Shown here: in pieces, positions 1 through 8,860 of the stretch
Layout: each line of letters starts with the position of its first letter
Numbering within the stretch: the stretch's first letter is position 1
Source of the DNA: an uncultured Elusimicrobia bacterium
GTDB lineage: Bacteria > Elusimicrobiota > Endomicrobiia > Endomicrobiales > Endomicrobiaceae
Reading direction: 5' to 3'
Assembly: GCA_937916125.1 (NCBI GenBank)
Contig: CALGGE010000066.1
Span: 27,908 to 91,907 of the forward strand
Length of the DNA: 64,000 bases
The notes under the pieces: generated by a model
What the model was told of the DNA's origin: nothing
The model's input: the letters and a program-made list of their open reading frames with translations, nothing else
The model's database searches: none
Translations under genes and position numbers: made by a program

Positions 1-431
1 ATTTTAATATCATATTTTTTTGCAAAAGGAGCTATTTCCCCTTTCTCGTCAAAAGGTAAATCCGGAATAATTATACCGTCAATACCGACAGATGCACATT
101 TTTTGAAAAAATTATCATAACCGTATTTGAATACGGGATTAATGTATGTCATAAAAACTAACGGGATAGAAACTTTCTTTCTGACATTTTCTACAAGATT
201 AAAAATTCCCTCGAGTGTAGTGCCTGCTCCCAATGCTTTTTGACTGGATTCCTGTATTACCGGTCCTTCTGCAACGGGATCGGAAAAAGGAATACCGATT
301 TCTATTAAGCCCGCTCCGGCGGAAACCATTTGATAAATAAAATCTTCCGTCTTTTTTAAATTCGGATATCCTGCCGTTATAAACGGAATAAACAATTTGT
401 TATTTTTAAATGCTGTTTCAATTCTATTCAT
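1..431 (-). CDS. trpA: tryptophan synthase alpha chain; C-terminal part lies outside the window
   Basis: Not in the ORF track (no stop inside the window). My translation from ATG at 429-431 reads [70 protein letters not shown]. This contains the TrpA GIPFSDPxAxGPxIQ signature. The start overlaps the trpB stop by 8 nt. It is the last gene of the trp operon. Confidence 0.85.
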   Translation of the reverse strand, partial: MNRIETAFKNNKLFIPFITAGYPNLKKTEDFIYQMVSAGAGLIEIGIPFSDPVAEGPVIQESSQKALGAGTTLEGIFNLVENVRKKVSIPLVFMTYINPVFKYGYDNFFKKCASVGIDGIIIPDLPFDEKGEIAPFAKKYDIK

Positions 432-1608
432 ATATTTTTTCTCCTCTGTATCTTGCAATTGCGGCTACATCTTTATCCCCTCTCCCGGACAAACAAATTA
501 TTATACTTTCATCTTTGCTTATTTTTGGTGCAAATTTGCGAACATAAGCTACTGCATGGGCACTTTCTATCGCACAGATAATGCCTTCTGTTCTTGCAAG
601 ATATTCAAATGCGGAAACAGCCTCTTCGTCGGTAATTGAAACATAATCTGCTCTTCCCGTGTCGTGTAAGTAGGCATGTTCCGGCCCTATCCCGGGATAG
701 TCCAACCCCGCCGAAATAGAATATACTTCCGCAATCTGACCGTCTTTATTCTGACAGAAATAAGACTTCATACCGTGAAAAATTCCGATTTCACCTTTTG
801 CGATTGATGCCGCATGCTTGTCGGTATCAAGCCCTTTGCCTGCGGCTTCACAACCTATAAGTCGAACATTTTTGTCATTGATAAAATTATAGAACATTCC
901 CATGGCGTTACTTCCCCCACCGACACAAGCAACAACTGCATACGGAAGTTTCCCCTCATATTCCAAAATCTGTTCTTTGGCTTCTTTACTTATAACACTC
1001 TGAAAATCTCTTACTATCGTCGGGAAAGGATGCGGTCCCATAACCGAGCCGAAAACATAATGCGTAGTATTTACGCTGTTAGTCCATTCCCTTAATGCTT
1101 CATTGACGGCATCTTTCAAAACTCTTGTCCCTGATTTAACGGCATTAACTTTTGCCCCCAACAGTTTCATTCTGTAAACATTTAAGGCTTGCCTTTTTGT
1201 ATCTTCTTCGCCCATAAATATTTCACATTCCAATCCTAAAAGTGCTGCCGCAGTTGCCGTTGCCACACCATGTTGCCCGGCACCTGTTTCGGCGATAACT
1301 CTCTTCTTACCCATTTTCTTTGCGAGAAGAATTTGTCCCAAAACATTGTTTATTTTATGAGAACCGGTATGATTTAAATCTTCTCTCTTTAAATAAATTT
1401 TTGCACCGCCCAAATCTTTAGTCATTTTTTTCGCGTAATATAAAAGCGACGGTCTGCCTGCATAATTTTTTAACAAAATGTTCAACTCGTCGCAAAATTC
1501 TTTGTTGTTTTTATAATATTCGTATTTTTTCTCGAGAGTTTTTATTTCGTTCATAAGTGTTTCGGGAATATATTGTCCGCCGAATATTCCAAACCGTGTG
1601 TTATTCAT
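424..1608 (-). CDS. trpB: tryptophan synthase beta chain
   Basis: 394-aa ORF starting [22 protein letters not shown]-lysine context [11 protein letters not shown] and the GGGSNAMG loop are typical TrpB. Confidence 0.95.
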   Translation of the reverse strand: MNNTRFGIFGGQYIPETLMNEIKTLEKKYEYYKNNKEFCDELNILLKNYAGRPSLLYYAKKMTKDLGGAKIYLKREDLNHTGSHKINNVLGQILLAKKMGKKRVIAETGAGQHGVATATAAALLGLECEIFMGEEDTKRQALNVYRMKLLGAKVNAVKSGTRVLKDAVNEALREWTNSVNTTHYVFGSVMGPHPFPTIVRDFQSVISKEAKEQILEYEGKLPYAVVACVGGGSNAMGMFYNFINDKNVRLIGCEAAGKGLDTDKHAASIAKGEIGIFHGMKSYFCQNKDGQIAEVYSISAGLDYPGIGPEHAYLHDTGRADYVSITDEEAVSAFEYLARTEGIICAIESAHAVAYVRKFAPKISKDESIIICLSGRGDKDVAAIARYRGEKIYE

Positions 1609-1618
1609 TTTTTACTCC

Positions 1619-2209
1619 TTATATTGCTTTGACAATTTTTACTATATTTAATATTTTTTGTCTATCTTTTATTTTGTTTGTTTCAACGCCGCTTGATACG
1701 TCAATACAATACGGATTTAATTTTATTGCTTCACAAATATTATCTTCATTTATTCCGCCTGCAAGAAAAAACGGGCGGATGAATTCTTTCAAAAAAGTCC
1801 AATCGAATTTTATTCCTGTTCCTGCTCCGCCGTCGAACAGCAAATAATCCGCCAAGCTGTTACGCCGGTACAAAATATCCTCGGCATTTTTAACTTTTAC
1901 GGCTTTAATTATTTTATTATTACAAACTTTTCTTAGTTTATTTATGTAATTATCGTCTTCATTGCCGTGCAGTTGAACCAAGTCAATGATTTTTTTATCG
2001 CAAATTTCCGATATTTTATGAATATCTTCATTTACAAAAACGCCAACGGATAAAATATTTTTATTCAATCTGTTTTTTAATTTTTCCGCAGTTTCCGTTG
2101 ACACTTGTCTGTGGCTGTTGGCGAAGATAAAACCGACATAATCGGGATTTGCTTCGTTTACGAAGTCTATGTCTTGTTCTCTAAACAGACCGCAAATTTT
2201 GATATTCAT
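1619..2209 (-). CDS. trpF: phosphoribosylanthranilate isomerase
   Basis: Start placed at MNIKICGL (ATG 2207-2209). The 50 upstream codons of the track ORF (to 2359) are read-through of the intergenic repeat block. Motifs IKICG, DYVGFIF and FLAGGI are present, and the gene sits between trpC and trpB. Confidence 0.85.
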   Translation of the reverse strand: MNIKICGLFREQDIDFVNEANPDYVGFIFANSHRQVSTETAEKLKNRLNKNILSVGVFVNEDIHKISEICDKKIIDLVQLHGNEDDNYINKLRKVCNNKIIKAVKVKNAEDILYRRNSLADYLLFDGGAGTGIKFDWTFLKEFIRPFFLAGGINEDNICEAIKLNPYCIDVSSGVETNKIKDRQKILNIVKIVKAI

Positions 2210-2220
2210 AAAAATTACTC

Positions 2221-2430
2221 CATTTTTTAAAAATCGCCTTGCGATTCTTAACAGTTGAACAGTTGAAAAGTTGAAAAGTTGAAGAGTTTCAACTGCAACG
2301 ACAACAGAAACGATGAGATTCTTCACTACGTTCAGAATGACAACGACTACAAACGGCAACGGCGAGATTTCCGACTACGACCTTCGGGAATGACACCGCT
2401 ACGCGGTTGTTGTTCCCATCCCTCTATACC
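2221..2430. repeat. composite intergenic repeat block inside the trp operon (between trpC and trpF)
   Basis: Contains the core ATCGCCTTGCGA (2233-2244), a tandem octamer array NAGTTGAA x4 ending in the hairpin AGTTGAA-GAGT-TTCAACT (2251-2294), and two copies of a GAGAT-hairpin-GAATGACA element (2315-2347, 2364-2398). The same modules recur at 4296-4372, 8221-8290, 17395-17567, 38291-38384, 40571-40609 and 46949-46985. Confidence 0.85.
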
Positions 2431-3228
2431 TCAAAATTTGCTTCGCAAATTTTCAACCGTTAAACTATGCAAAAATTGTTTTTTGTTTTCGTTTCGCATC
2501 ATACTTTCGCCTATTAATGCTCCGTTAAAACCATTGTCTTTTAACATCGCAATATCTTTTGCCGTTTTAATACCGCTTTCAGAAATCAATATTTTGTTAT
2601 TCGGCAGATATTTTCTTAATTTTACAGATGTATTAATATCAACCGTAAAAGTTTTTAAATCTCTGTTGTTAATACCGATAATTTCCGCACCGTTGTTTAG
2701 TGCTTGTTTTATTTCCTGTTCATTGTGTGTTTCCACAAGGCAGTCTAAGTTTAAACTTTTTGCAATATTTATATAATTCTGTAGAGTTTTATCGTCGAGA
2801 ATTGCACATATTAACAGTAATGCACTTGCTCCTAAAAACCTTGCCTGATATATTTGGTATTCGTCAATAATAAAATCTTTTCTTAAAACAGGAATATTTA
2901 CGATACTCGAAATTTCCTGCAAATACTTATCTTTCCCCATAAAAAAGTTCGGTTCGGTAAGTACGGATATTGCCGCTGCTCCCGCCTGTTCGTATTCTTT
3001 GGCAATATCAATATAGGGAAAATTCTCAACTATTATACCTTTTGAGGGAGAAGCTTTTTTTATTTCGCAAATGAAAGCAAAATCTTTGCTTTTTAAAGAT
3101 TCTTTAAAAAAGAAATTTTTACTTAAAGGAAGTTTTGAAACTTCCTCTTTTAAAATTTCAATGCCTTTTTCTTTTTTTTCTTTTTCTATTCTTTCTCTTT
3201 GTTTTTCTACTATATTATCCAGAATCAT
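2431..3228 (-). CDS. trpC: indole-3-glycerol phosphate synthase
   Basis: 265 aa. Motifs FICEIKKASPSKG, LRKDFIIDEYQIYQAR, GINNRDL and ESGI are present, in operon context. Confidence 0.9.
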   Translation of the reverse strand: MILDNIVEKQRERIEKEKKEKGIEILKEEVSKLPLSKNFFFKESLKSKDFAFICEIKKASPSKGIIVENFPYIDIAKEYEQAGAAAISVLTEPNFFMGKDKYLQEISSIVNIPVLRKDFIIDEYQIYQARFLGASALLLICAILDDKTLQNYINIAKSLNLDCLVETHNEQEIKQALNNGAEIIGINNRDLKTFTVDINTSVKLRKYLPNNKILISESGIKTAKDIAMLKDNGFNGALIGESMMRNENKKQFLHSLTVENLRSKF

Positions 3229-3245
3229 AATTAAAATACTCCGTA

Positions 3246-4256
3246 TTACTTCTCGTTGGATAATTTTACATACATTTCCATCTGTTTTAGAGCTTTTCCG
3301 CTGTCAATCATTTCTTTTGCAACATTTATTGCGTCAGCAACAGACAACTCGGGTTTGGCAATATGTATTGCAGCCGCAGAGTTAAGCAAAACCGCGTTAG
3401 TTTTTGCACCTTTTACTCCCGACAGTATATCTCTTGTTATTTTTGCATTTTCTTGAGGCGTTCCGCCGACCAAATCTTCTTTCTTACATCTTTCCATACC
3501 GAACTGTTCCGGCTCAATTTCATAATGTTTATATTCTCCGTTTACAACCTCACAAACGCTTGTTGCCGAACTTGCGGAAATTTCATCCAAGCCATCATTG
3601 CCGAAAACAACCATTGCACTTTTAACACCGAGATTGGACAAAACATGTGCCATAGGGTCCAACAAATCCTTTTCATACACGCCTAAAAGTTGCATATTTG
3701 CACCTGCAGGGTTAACCAACGGTCCTAAAATATTAAATATCGTTCTTATACCGAGTTCTTTTCTTACTGGAGCAACATATTTCATTGCTATGTGATAATT
3801 CTGTGCGAAAAGGAAACAGAAATTTATTTTCTCCAAAATTTCTTTGCTTTTCTCAGGCGATATTGTTATATTTGCACCGAGAGCTTCCAAAACATCTGCC
3901 GCACCGCACTTGCTGGATGCCGCTCTGTTACCGTGTTTTGCTACGGGAATTCCCGCAGCGGAAATAACGAATGCCGACGTGGAAGAAATATTAAAGGAAA
4001 AAGACTTATCCCCGCCCGTGCCTACTATTTCCAAAATATCCATATCGTTTAGAAGTTTAACACAGTGTTTTCTCATACCTGATGCCGCACCTGTTATTTC
4101 CTCGATGGTTTCTTTTTTCATTGTCATTGCGGTTAAGAAAGATGCCATTTGTATTTGGCTTGCTTTACCGCTCATTATTTCGTCTAACACTGTTTCAGCT
4201 TCCTGAAAGGTTAAATTTTGTTTTGCTACTGCTTTTACGATTGATTCTTTAATCAT
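3246..4256 (-). CDS. trpD: anthranilate phosphoribosyltransferase
   Basis: 336 aa. Motifs GTGGDKSFSFNIS and HGNRAASSKCGAADVLEALG are present, in operon context. Confidence 0.9.
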   Translation of the reverse strand: MIKESIVKAVAKQNLTFQEAETVLDEIMSGKASQIQMASFLTAMTMKKETIEEITGAASGMRKHCVKLLNDMDILEIVGTGGDKSFSFNISSTSAFVISAAGIPVAKHGNRAASSKCGAADVLEALGANITISPEKSKEILEKINFCFLFAQNYHIAMKYVAPVRKELGIRTIFNILGPLVNPAGANMQLLGVYEKDLLDPMAHVLSNLGVKSAMVVFGNDGLDEISASSATSVCEVVNGEYKHYEIEPEQFGMERCKKEDLVGGTPQENAKITRDILSGVKGAKTNAVLLNSAAAIHIAKPELSVADAINVAKEMIDSGKALKQMEMYVKLSNEK

Positions 4257-4295
4257 ATAAATCTCCTTTAGAACTGCTTATAGTGACCGTGAATT

Positions 4296-4372
4296 TTAAA
4301 CTTTTCAACTATTCAACTTTTCAACTTCAACGACGAGATGCTTCGACAAGCTCAGCATGACAGACGAGACGA
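4296..4372. repeat. intergenic-type repeat block overlapping the 3' end of trpG
   Basis: TTCAAC-oriented oligomer array (CTTTTCAACTATTCAACTTTTCAACTTCAAC, 4301-4331) followed by the GAGATGCT-TCGACAAGCTC-AGCATGACAGAC hairpin element (4335-4368). Confidence 0.8.
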
Positions 4373-4932
4373 CAAAAGTTTTTTACAATTTGGTATCCGT
4401 TCGGTGTAAGAACCGATTCCGGATGAAACTGAACTCCGTAAACCTGATATTTATTGTGACATACTGCCATTATTTCCCCATCATCGGTTGTTCTTGCTAC
4501 GACTTTTAATTCTTTAGGTAACGTATTCTCTAAAACAGCGAGAGAATGATATCTGCCTACAACAAAATTTTTATCAAGTTCTTCAAAAATAGGACATTTA
4601 TTATCTGTTTCAATTTCTGATTGTTTACCATGCATTAAATTTTTTGCATAAGAAATAGTAGCACCGTAAGCCTCACATATTGCCTGATGACCTAAACAAA
4701 CACCTAATATGGGAATTTTTCCTGCAAGTCTTTTAACAACTTCTATACATATTCCTGCTTCCGAAGGTTTACCCGGTCCCGGTGATAAAATAATTTTTTC
4801 CGGGTTTAATTTTTCTATTTCTTCAACGGTTATTTCATTGTTTCGTTTTACCAATATATCGGGATTGATTGAACCGACATACTGGTATAAGTTATAAACG
4901 AAACTGTCGTAATTGTCTATTAATAAAATCAT
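4327..4932 (-). CDS. trpG: anthranilate synthase component II (glutamine amidotransferase)
   Basis: 201 aa. Class-I amidotransferase contexts GVCLGHQ and VQFHPES are present. The last ~15 codons (CRLVCHAELVEASRR) are encoded by the repeat element at 4335-4368. Confidence 0.9.
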   Translation of the reverse strand: MILLIDNYDSFVYNLYQYVGSINPDILVKRNNEITVEEIEKLNPEKIILSPGPGKPSEAGICIEVVKRLAGKIPILGVCLGHQAICEAYGATISYAKNLMHGKQSEIETDNKCPIFEELDKNFVVGRYHSLAVLENTLPKELKVVARTTDDGEIMAVCHNKYQVYGVQFHPESVLTPNGYQIVKNFCRLVCHAELVEASRR

Positions 4933-4942
4933 TTAAATCTCC

Positions 4943-6400
4943 TCAAAAATCGCCTTGCGAAAATTTTAGTGCATTAACTACTGCTTTTGCTTTATTTATG
5001 CATTCCTGATATTCGTTCTCGGGGATACTGTCTGCAACAATCCCTGCACCGGAACGTATAAAAACTTTATTATTCTTTTTAAAAGCTATTCTTATTGAAA
5101 TACATGTATCCATATTCCCCGAAAAATCAATATACCCTATAGCTCCGCCGTAAATACCTCTTTTATTTTGTTCCAATTCATTTATAATTTGACAGGCTCT
5201 TATTTTCGGTGCTCCGGAAAGTGTCCCCGCAGGAAGAACGGAATCTATCGCATCAAGAGCAGTTTTATCGTCGCGAATTTCACCCGCAACGGTTGAACCG
5301 ATATGCATAACATGAGAAAACCTTTCTATGCTCATATATTTTTCTACTTTTACCGAGCCGAATTTACTGATTTTTCCTAAATCATTTCTGCCCAAATCAA
5401 CAAGCATATTGTGTTCTGCCAGTTCTTTCTTGTCGGAAAGAAGTTCTTTTTCAAGCTCTAAATCTTCCCGTGAAGTTTTGCCTCTCGGTCTTGTCCCTGC
5501 CAAAGGAAAAGTATGCAAAACGCCGTCTTTCAGCTTTACCAATGTTTCCGGTGACGCACCTGCAATTTCAATATCTTTACTGCAAAAATAAAACATATAC
5601 GGCGACGGATTGGTGGTTCTTAAAATTCTGTAAGTATCCAGCAGGCTTCCCTCGATATCGGCTTCAATTCTGTTGGATAACACAGCCTGAAAAATATCTC
5701 CGTCTTTAATGTACTGCTTTGTTCTGTTTACTATATCGCAAAATTCCCGTTTACTGAAAAGATATCTGAAGTCCGATTTTAATTTCAACGGTTCGTCCTT
5801 TGCCGGTGAGCCGTTTTTGATAAGTTCTGCCATTTTATTAAGTTCTTCAACGGCATTTTTATAATTCCGTTCCAAATTATCCGTCTTAATATTAATTATC
5901 AAAATAATTTTCTGTCTTAAATTATCAAAAGCTATAACTTTATCGAACAACATCAAATCAACATCGTTGAATTTTTCGTCATCTTTTGCATCCAAATTTA
6001 AAGCAGGTTCGGAATATTTGATATAATCGTAGGAGAAATAGCCCACCAAACCTCCGGTAAAAGGCGGTAAAGTCTCTATTTTCGGGCTTTTATACTCTTT
6101 AAGGATATCTTTTATGTATTTTTTAGGATCGTCGTTATTTGATACCGTTTTGCCGTTTATTTTGATAATATTATTTAAGCAGGTAAATTCAAGCTTGGGT
6201 TCATAGCCCAAGAAAGTGTATCTTCCCCATTTAGAGGAATCTTCCAAACTTTCAAGCATATAGCAATGATTGCTTACCGATTTAAGGATTTTTAAAACCT
6301 GAATAGGTGTTTTGATATCGCTGTAAAGTTCGCAACTTACCGGAACGGTTTTGTAGTTTTTTGCCAACTCTGCGATTTGTTCATAAGAAGGTGTATTCAT
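4943..6400 (-). CDS. trpE: anthranilate synthase component I
   Basis: Start placed at MNTPSYEQ (ATG 6398-6400), because the 17 upstream track codons overlie the T-box terminator. Chorismate-binding motifs LSGAPKIRA and GIYGGAIGY are present. Confidence 0.9.
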   Translation of the reverse strand: MNTPSYEQIAELAKNYKTVPVSCELYSDIKTPIQVLKILKSVSNHCYMLESLEDSSKWGRYTFLGYEPKLEFTCLNNIIKINGKTVSNNDDPKKYIKDILKEYKSPKIETLPPFTGGLVGYFSYDYIKYSEPALNLDAKDDEKFNDVDLMLFDKVIAFDNLRQKIILIINIKTDNLERNYKNAVEELNKMAELIKNGSPAKDEPLKLKSDFRYLFSKREFCDIVNRTKQYIKDGDIFQAVLSNRIEADIEGSLLDTYRILRTTNPSPYMFYFCSKDIEIAGASPETLVKLKDGVLHTFPLAGTRPRGKTSREDLELEKELLSDKKELAEHNMLVDLGRNDLGKISKFGSVKVEKYMSIERFSHVMHIGSTVAGEIRDDKTALDAIDSVLPAGTLSGAPKIRACQIINELEQNKRGIYGGAIGYIDFSGNMDTCISIRIAFKKNNKVFIRSGAGIVADSIPENEYQECINKAKAVVNALKFSQGDF

Positions 6401-6414
6401 TTTGCTACCTCGAA

Positions 6415-6742
6415 AAATAAAAAAATTCATCCTAAACAAAAATGTTTTCAAGGACGAATCTGAATATCCGCGGTGCCACCTTGCTTTGAAACAGTTTGAT
6501 AAACAACAAGACGAACTTTTTAAAAATAAAACTGTCTCACACTTTTAAGGAATACCATCATATTCCCGGCAACTTACGCGTGCCCTGCGTTGCAGAATAC
6601 TCAAAGGTTTTACCCCTCTTTGACTGCACCCTCTGCGGTCCATTTCTACAAGCTGCTTACTACCGGCTTCTCACCACCCCGGCTCGCTGTCAGTGCATTT
6701 CTTGTTTTTATCTCCGCATCAACGGTTTGTTGTAACTTCGAG
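6415..6742 (-). promoter_or_regulatory. T-box leader (tRNA-Trp responsive, specifier UGG) with terminator/antiterminator
   Basis: Read on the minus strand. Stem I region: GATGCGGAGA...AGCGAGCCGGGGTGGTGAGAAGCCGG. Specifier context: GAAA-UGG-AC. T-box sequence: AAGGTGGCACCGCG (complement of 6468-6481). Terminator: TTCGTCCTTGAAAACATTTTGTTTAGGATGAA followed by a U run (about 6419-6460). It lies directly upstream of trpE. Confidence 0.75.
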
Positions 6743-6748
6743 ATAATG

Positions 6749-6777
6749 ATTTTAGTATTATTTTTTTCCTTTGTCAA
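6749..6777 (-). promoter_or_regulatory. sigma70-type promoter of the T-box/trp operon
   Basis: The minus strand reads TTGACA (6772-6777), a 17-nt spacer, then TAAAAT (6749-6754). The predicted transcription start is a few nt before the start of the T-box leader. Confidence 0.6.
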
Positions 6778-6830
6778 GCTTTTGTATGGGTTCAATATGC
6801 ACACATATGAAAAAGCTCATATATCTTTCT

Positions 6831-8060
6831 TTATGCCCATAGAGAAGAGATAGGAACAGCAAATAAATTGTCTTTTTGTGAAATAATATTATTCCCTGTA
6901 TATAGAATAATTCCTATAAAATTTTTATTCTTAGCAATATTGTTTTTAAACCACTTCAAATGCTTAAAAGAATCATTGTCGATATTTACACCGGATTTTA
7001 CTTCTATTCCTAATAAATCTCCATCCGAATTTTCTATAACAAAATCAACTTCTCTGTTATCTTTATCTCTGTAATGGTATAAATTATATTCATTAAAGAA
7101 ACAATCTATATTTGAAGATAATTCATTAAAAACAAAAGTTTCTGTTAATTTTCCGACAATATCGGCACTTTCTCTTACTTTGTTAAAATTTAAATTCAAT
7201 AATGAGGATATTATTCCTGTATCACAAATATAAAGTTTATCTTTCTTGGTAACATATTGGTAATCGTTAATTAAATACGGATTGACTCTTTCTGCTAAAT
7301 ACATATTTTCAAGAATTGAAATATAAGTATCAAAAGTTTGTTTTGTTATTGATAAAGAGCTTAATATAGCATTTTTCTCCATATATTTTGACGACCAGCT
7401 TGCAAGAATTTTTAATAAATCTTTCAATGCAGATTGTCTTTTAATATTTGCTATATCTTTTAAATCGTTTTCTATTAATGTATTAATATAATTTAAATAC
7501 CAAATTCTTTTCTCTTTTAAGTCTTTGTCAAATGTTATAGGGTAACCTCCGTCGAGAGCCAATTGAATTATATCATCTCTTGTATAATTTCTTTTATTAT
7601 TTATAAAAATACCTTTGAATGCATTTTGCAAAAAAACAGGTTCTTTTTGATTTTTTTCTCCCTGAGAAAATGTTCTTAAACGGATTTTTTGAACTCTTCC
7701 TGCCAAAGATTCTCTTACAGCAGGATTTGCCTGAATATTAGAAGAACCTGTTATTAAAAATTGTCCATTATTATTATTCTCATCAACTACTTTTTTTATG
7801 GAAGAAATAAGTTCGGGAGCTTTTTGTATTTCATCAATAATCATAGTCTTTGACGATTTTTTTAAAAAACCATCCGGATCTAAATTTGCAAATTTTCTTT
7901 GAGAAAAATCATCAAGAGTTTTGTATGTGGAATTTTTTAATGAGGCAGATTTTGCCAATGTTGTTTTGCCACATTGTCTTGACCCTGTTAAAATAACAAC
8001 TCGGCTGTTTTTTAAAGCATCTCTTATTGAGTTTTCTTGCCATCTTTTATAAAGTTTCAT
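6831..8060 (-). CDS. AAA-family ATPase with C-terminal DUF4143-type domain
   Basis: Walker A is ILTGSRQCGKTTLAK. The C-terminal RDKDNREVDFVIENSDGDLLGIEVKSG is typical of the AAA_14/DUF4143 family. Start chosen at MKLYKR; an alternative ATG lies at 8075. Confidence 0.7.
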   Translation of the reverse strand: MKLYKRWQENSIRDALKNSRVVILTGSRQCGKTTLAKSASLKNSTYKTLDDFSQRKFANLDPDGFLKKSSKTMIIDEIQKAPELISSIKKVVDENNNNGQFLITGSSNIQANPAVRESLAGRVQKIRLRTFSQGEKNQKEPVFLQNAFKGIFINNKRNYTRDDIIQLALDGGYPITFDKDLKEKRIWYLNYINTLIENDLKDIANIKRQSALKDLLKILASWSSKYMEKNAILSSLSITKQTFDTYISILENMYLAERVNPYLINDYQYVTKKDKLYICDTGIISSLLNLNFNKVRESADIVGKLTETFVFNELSSNIDCFFNEYNLYHYRDKDNREVDFVIENSDGDLLGIEVKSGVNIDNDSFKHLKWFKNNIAKNKNFIGIILYTGNNIISQKDNLFAVPISSLWA

Positions 8061-8115
8061 TATAACCCCTTTCAAATTTCTTGTTTCTTTTTTATATATT
8101 ATGATATAAAATTAT

Positions 8116-8212
8116 AAAAAAAGCAAAAATAATTTCGTAAAAAACATAAAAATAACTTAGTAAAAAACGCAAAAAATAATCATATTTCTGCACAAAAAAC
8201 ATAAAATTAATG
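8116..8212. repeat. four imperfect ~23-bp A-rich direct repeats upstream of the AAA ATPase gene
   Basis: AAAAAAGCAAAAATAATTTCG / TAAAAAACATAAAAATAACTTAG / TAAAAAACGCAAAAAATAATCAT / ACAAAAAACATAAAATTAATG at 8116, 8138, 8161 and 8192. Confidence 0.6.
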
Positions 8213-8220
8213 TTTGCTTT

Positions 8221-8290
8221 TGTCGCTATACTTCTTTAGAAGTATAGCGACAAAATTCCCGACTACGAACTTCGGGAATGACAGACAGGA
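8221..8290. repeat. perfect 14-bp-stem hairpin followed by a hairpin-GAATGACA repeat element
   Basis: TGTCGCTATACTTC-TTTA-GAAGTATAGCGACA (8221-8252), then ATTCCCGA-CTACGAACT-TCGGGAAT-GACAGAC (8254-8290). The second is related to the elements at 2315-2398 and 4335-4368. Confidence 0.8.
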
Positions 8291-8439
8291 CGGCGATATA
8301 CAAAGTATGACTTTAAAAAAAAGAAAAAATAAAATGTTGACAATATGTCCAATATATACTACACTTACATAAAAGAAAAGCAGTCAACAAGAAGATATAA
8401 AGAAAGCAAAGAAAATTAAAAAGATTTTGGGGGTATAAA

Positions 8440-8787
8440 ATGAAAAATAAAAGATTAGAAGACATAACAGAGGAAGATGCAAGAATAGTAGGAGGAGATT
8501 TTTTTGAAGATTTGGCAGAAGATTATGCTAAAAATCCTAAGAAATTAAAAGCTTACATTAAATCAGTTAACGAAGTTTACAGAGAAACCGGAGATGTTGA
8601 TATTTTGACTACAGCTTTAAAAATTATAGCTATGGTAAAAAAGAATATTAAACAGCAGGCAAAAAAAGCTAAAATGCAGAGAAGTACAATATATAATATT
8701 TTTAAAAAAGGAGCTAATCCTACATTTAGAAATGTTGCCAAATATACCAACAGTTTAGGCATACATTTGCAGTTTGTTTTAGATTAA
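8440..8787 (+). CDS. putative addiction-module antidote protein (HigA-like HTH, TIGR02684-type)
   Basis: 115 aa. The C-terminal part ALKIIAMVKKNIKQQAKKAKMQRSTIYNIFKKGANPTFRNVAKYTNSLGIHLQFV matches the family pattern as I recall it (..IA.A.G....A...G..R..LY.al...gNP.f.t...v..aLG..L). A GGGGG RBS precedes the ATG. Confidence 0.65.
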   Translation: MKNKRLEDITEEDARIVGGDFFEDLAEDYAKNPKKLKAYIKSVNEVYRETGDVDILTTALKIIAMVKKNIKQQAKKAKMQRSTIYNIFKKGANPTFRNVAKYTNSLGIHLQFVLD

Positions 8788-8860
8788 GTATTTTATCCGG
8801 AAGAATTTATTTCAAAAGATTGTATATCAAACAATGAAAAAATACTAAAAATACCGTAGG

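Noticed and set aside
2210-2359. N-terminal 50 codons of the trpF track ORF
   Set aside because: These codons are read-through of the oligomer repeat block (VVVAVETLQLFNFSTVQLL...). TrpF homology begins at MNIKICGL.
2279-2776. 165-aa plus-strand ORF
   Set aside because: It starts inside the intergenic repeat block and runs antisense to trpC. It has no recognisable features.
6401-6451. N-terminal 17 codons of the trpE track ORF (MKTFLFRMNFFIFRGSK)
   Set aside because: They overlie the T-box terminator and its U-run. A normal start lies at MNTPSYEQ.
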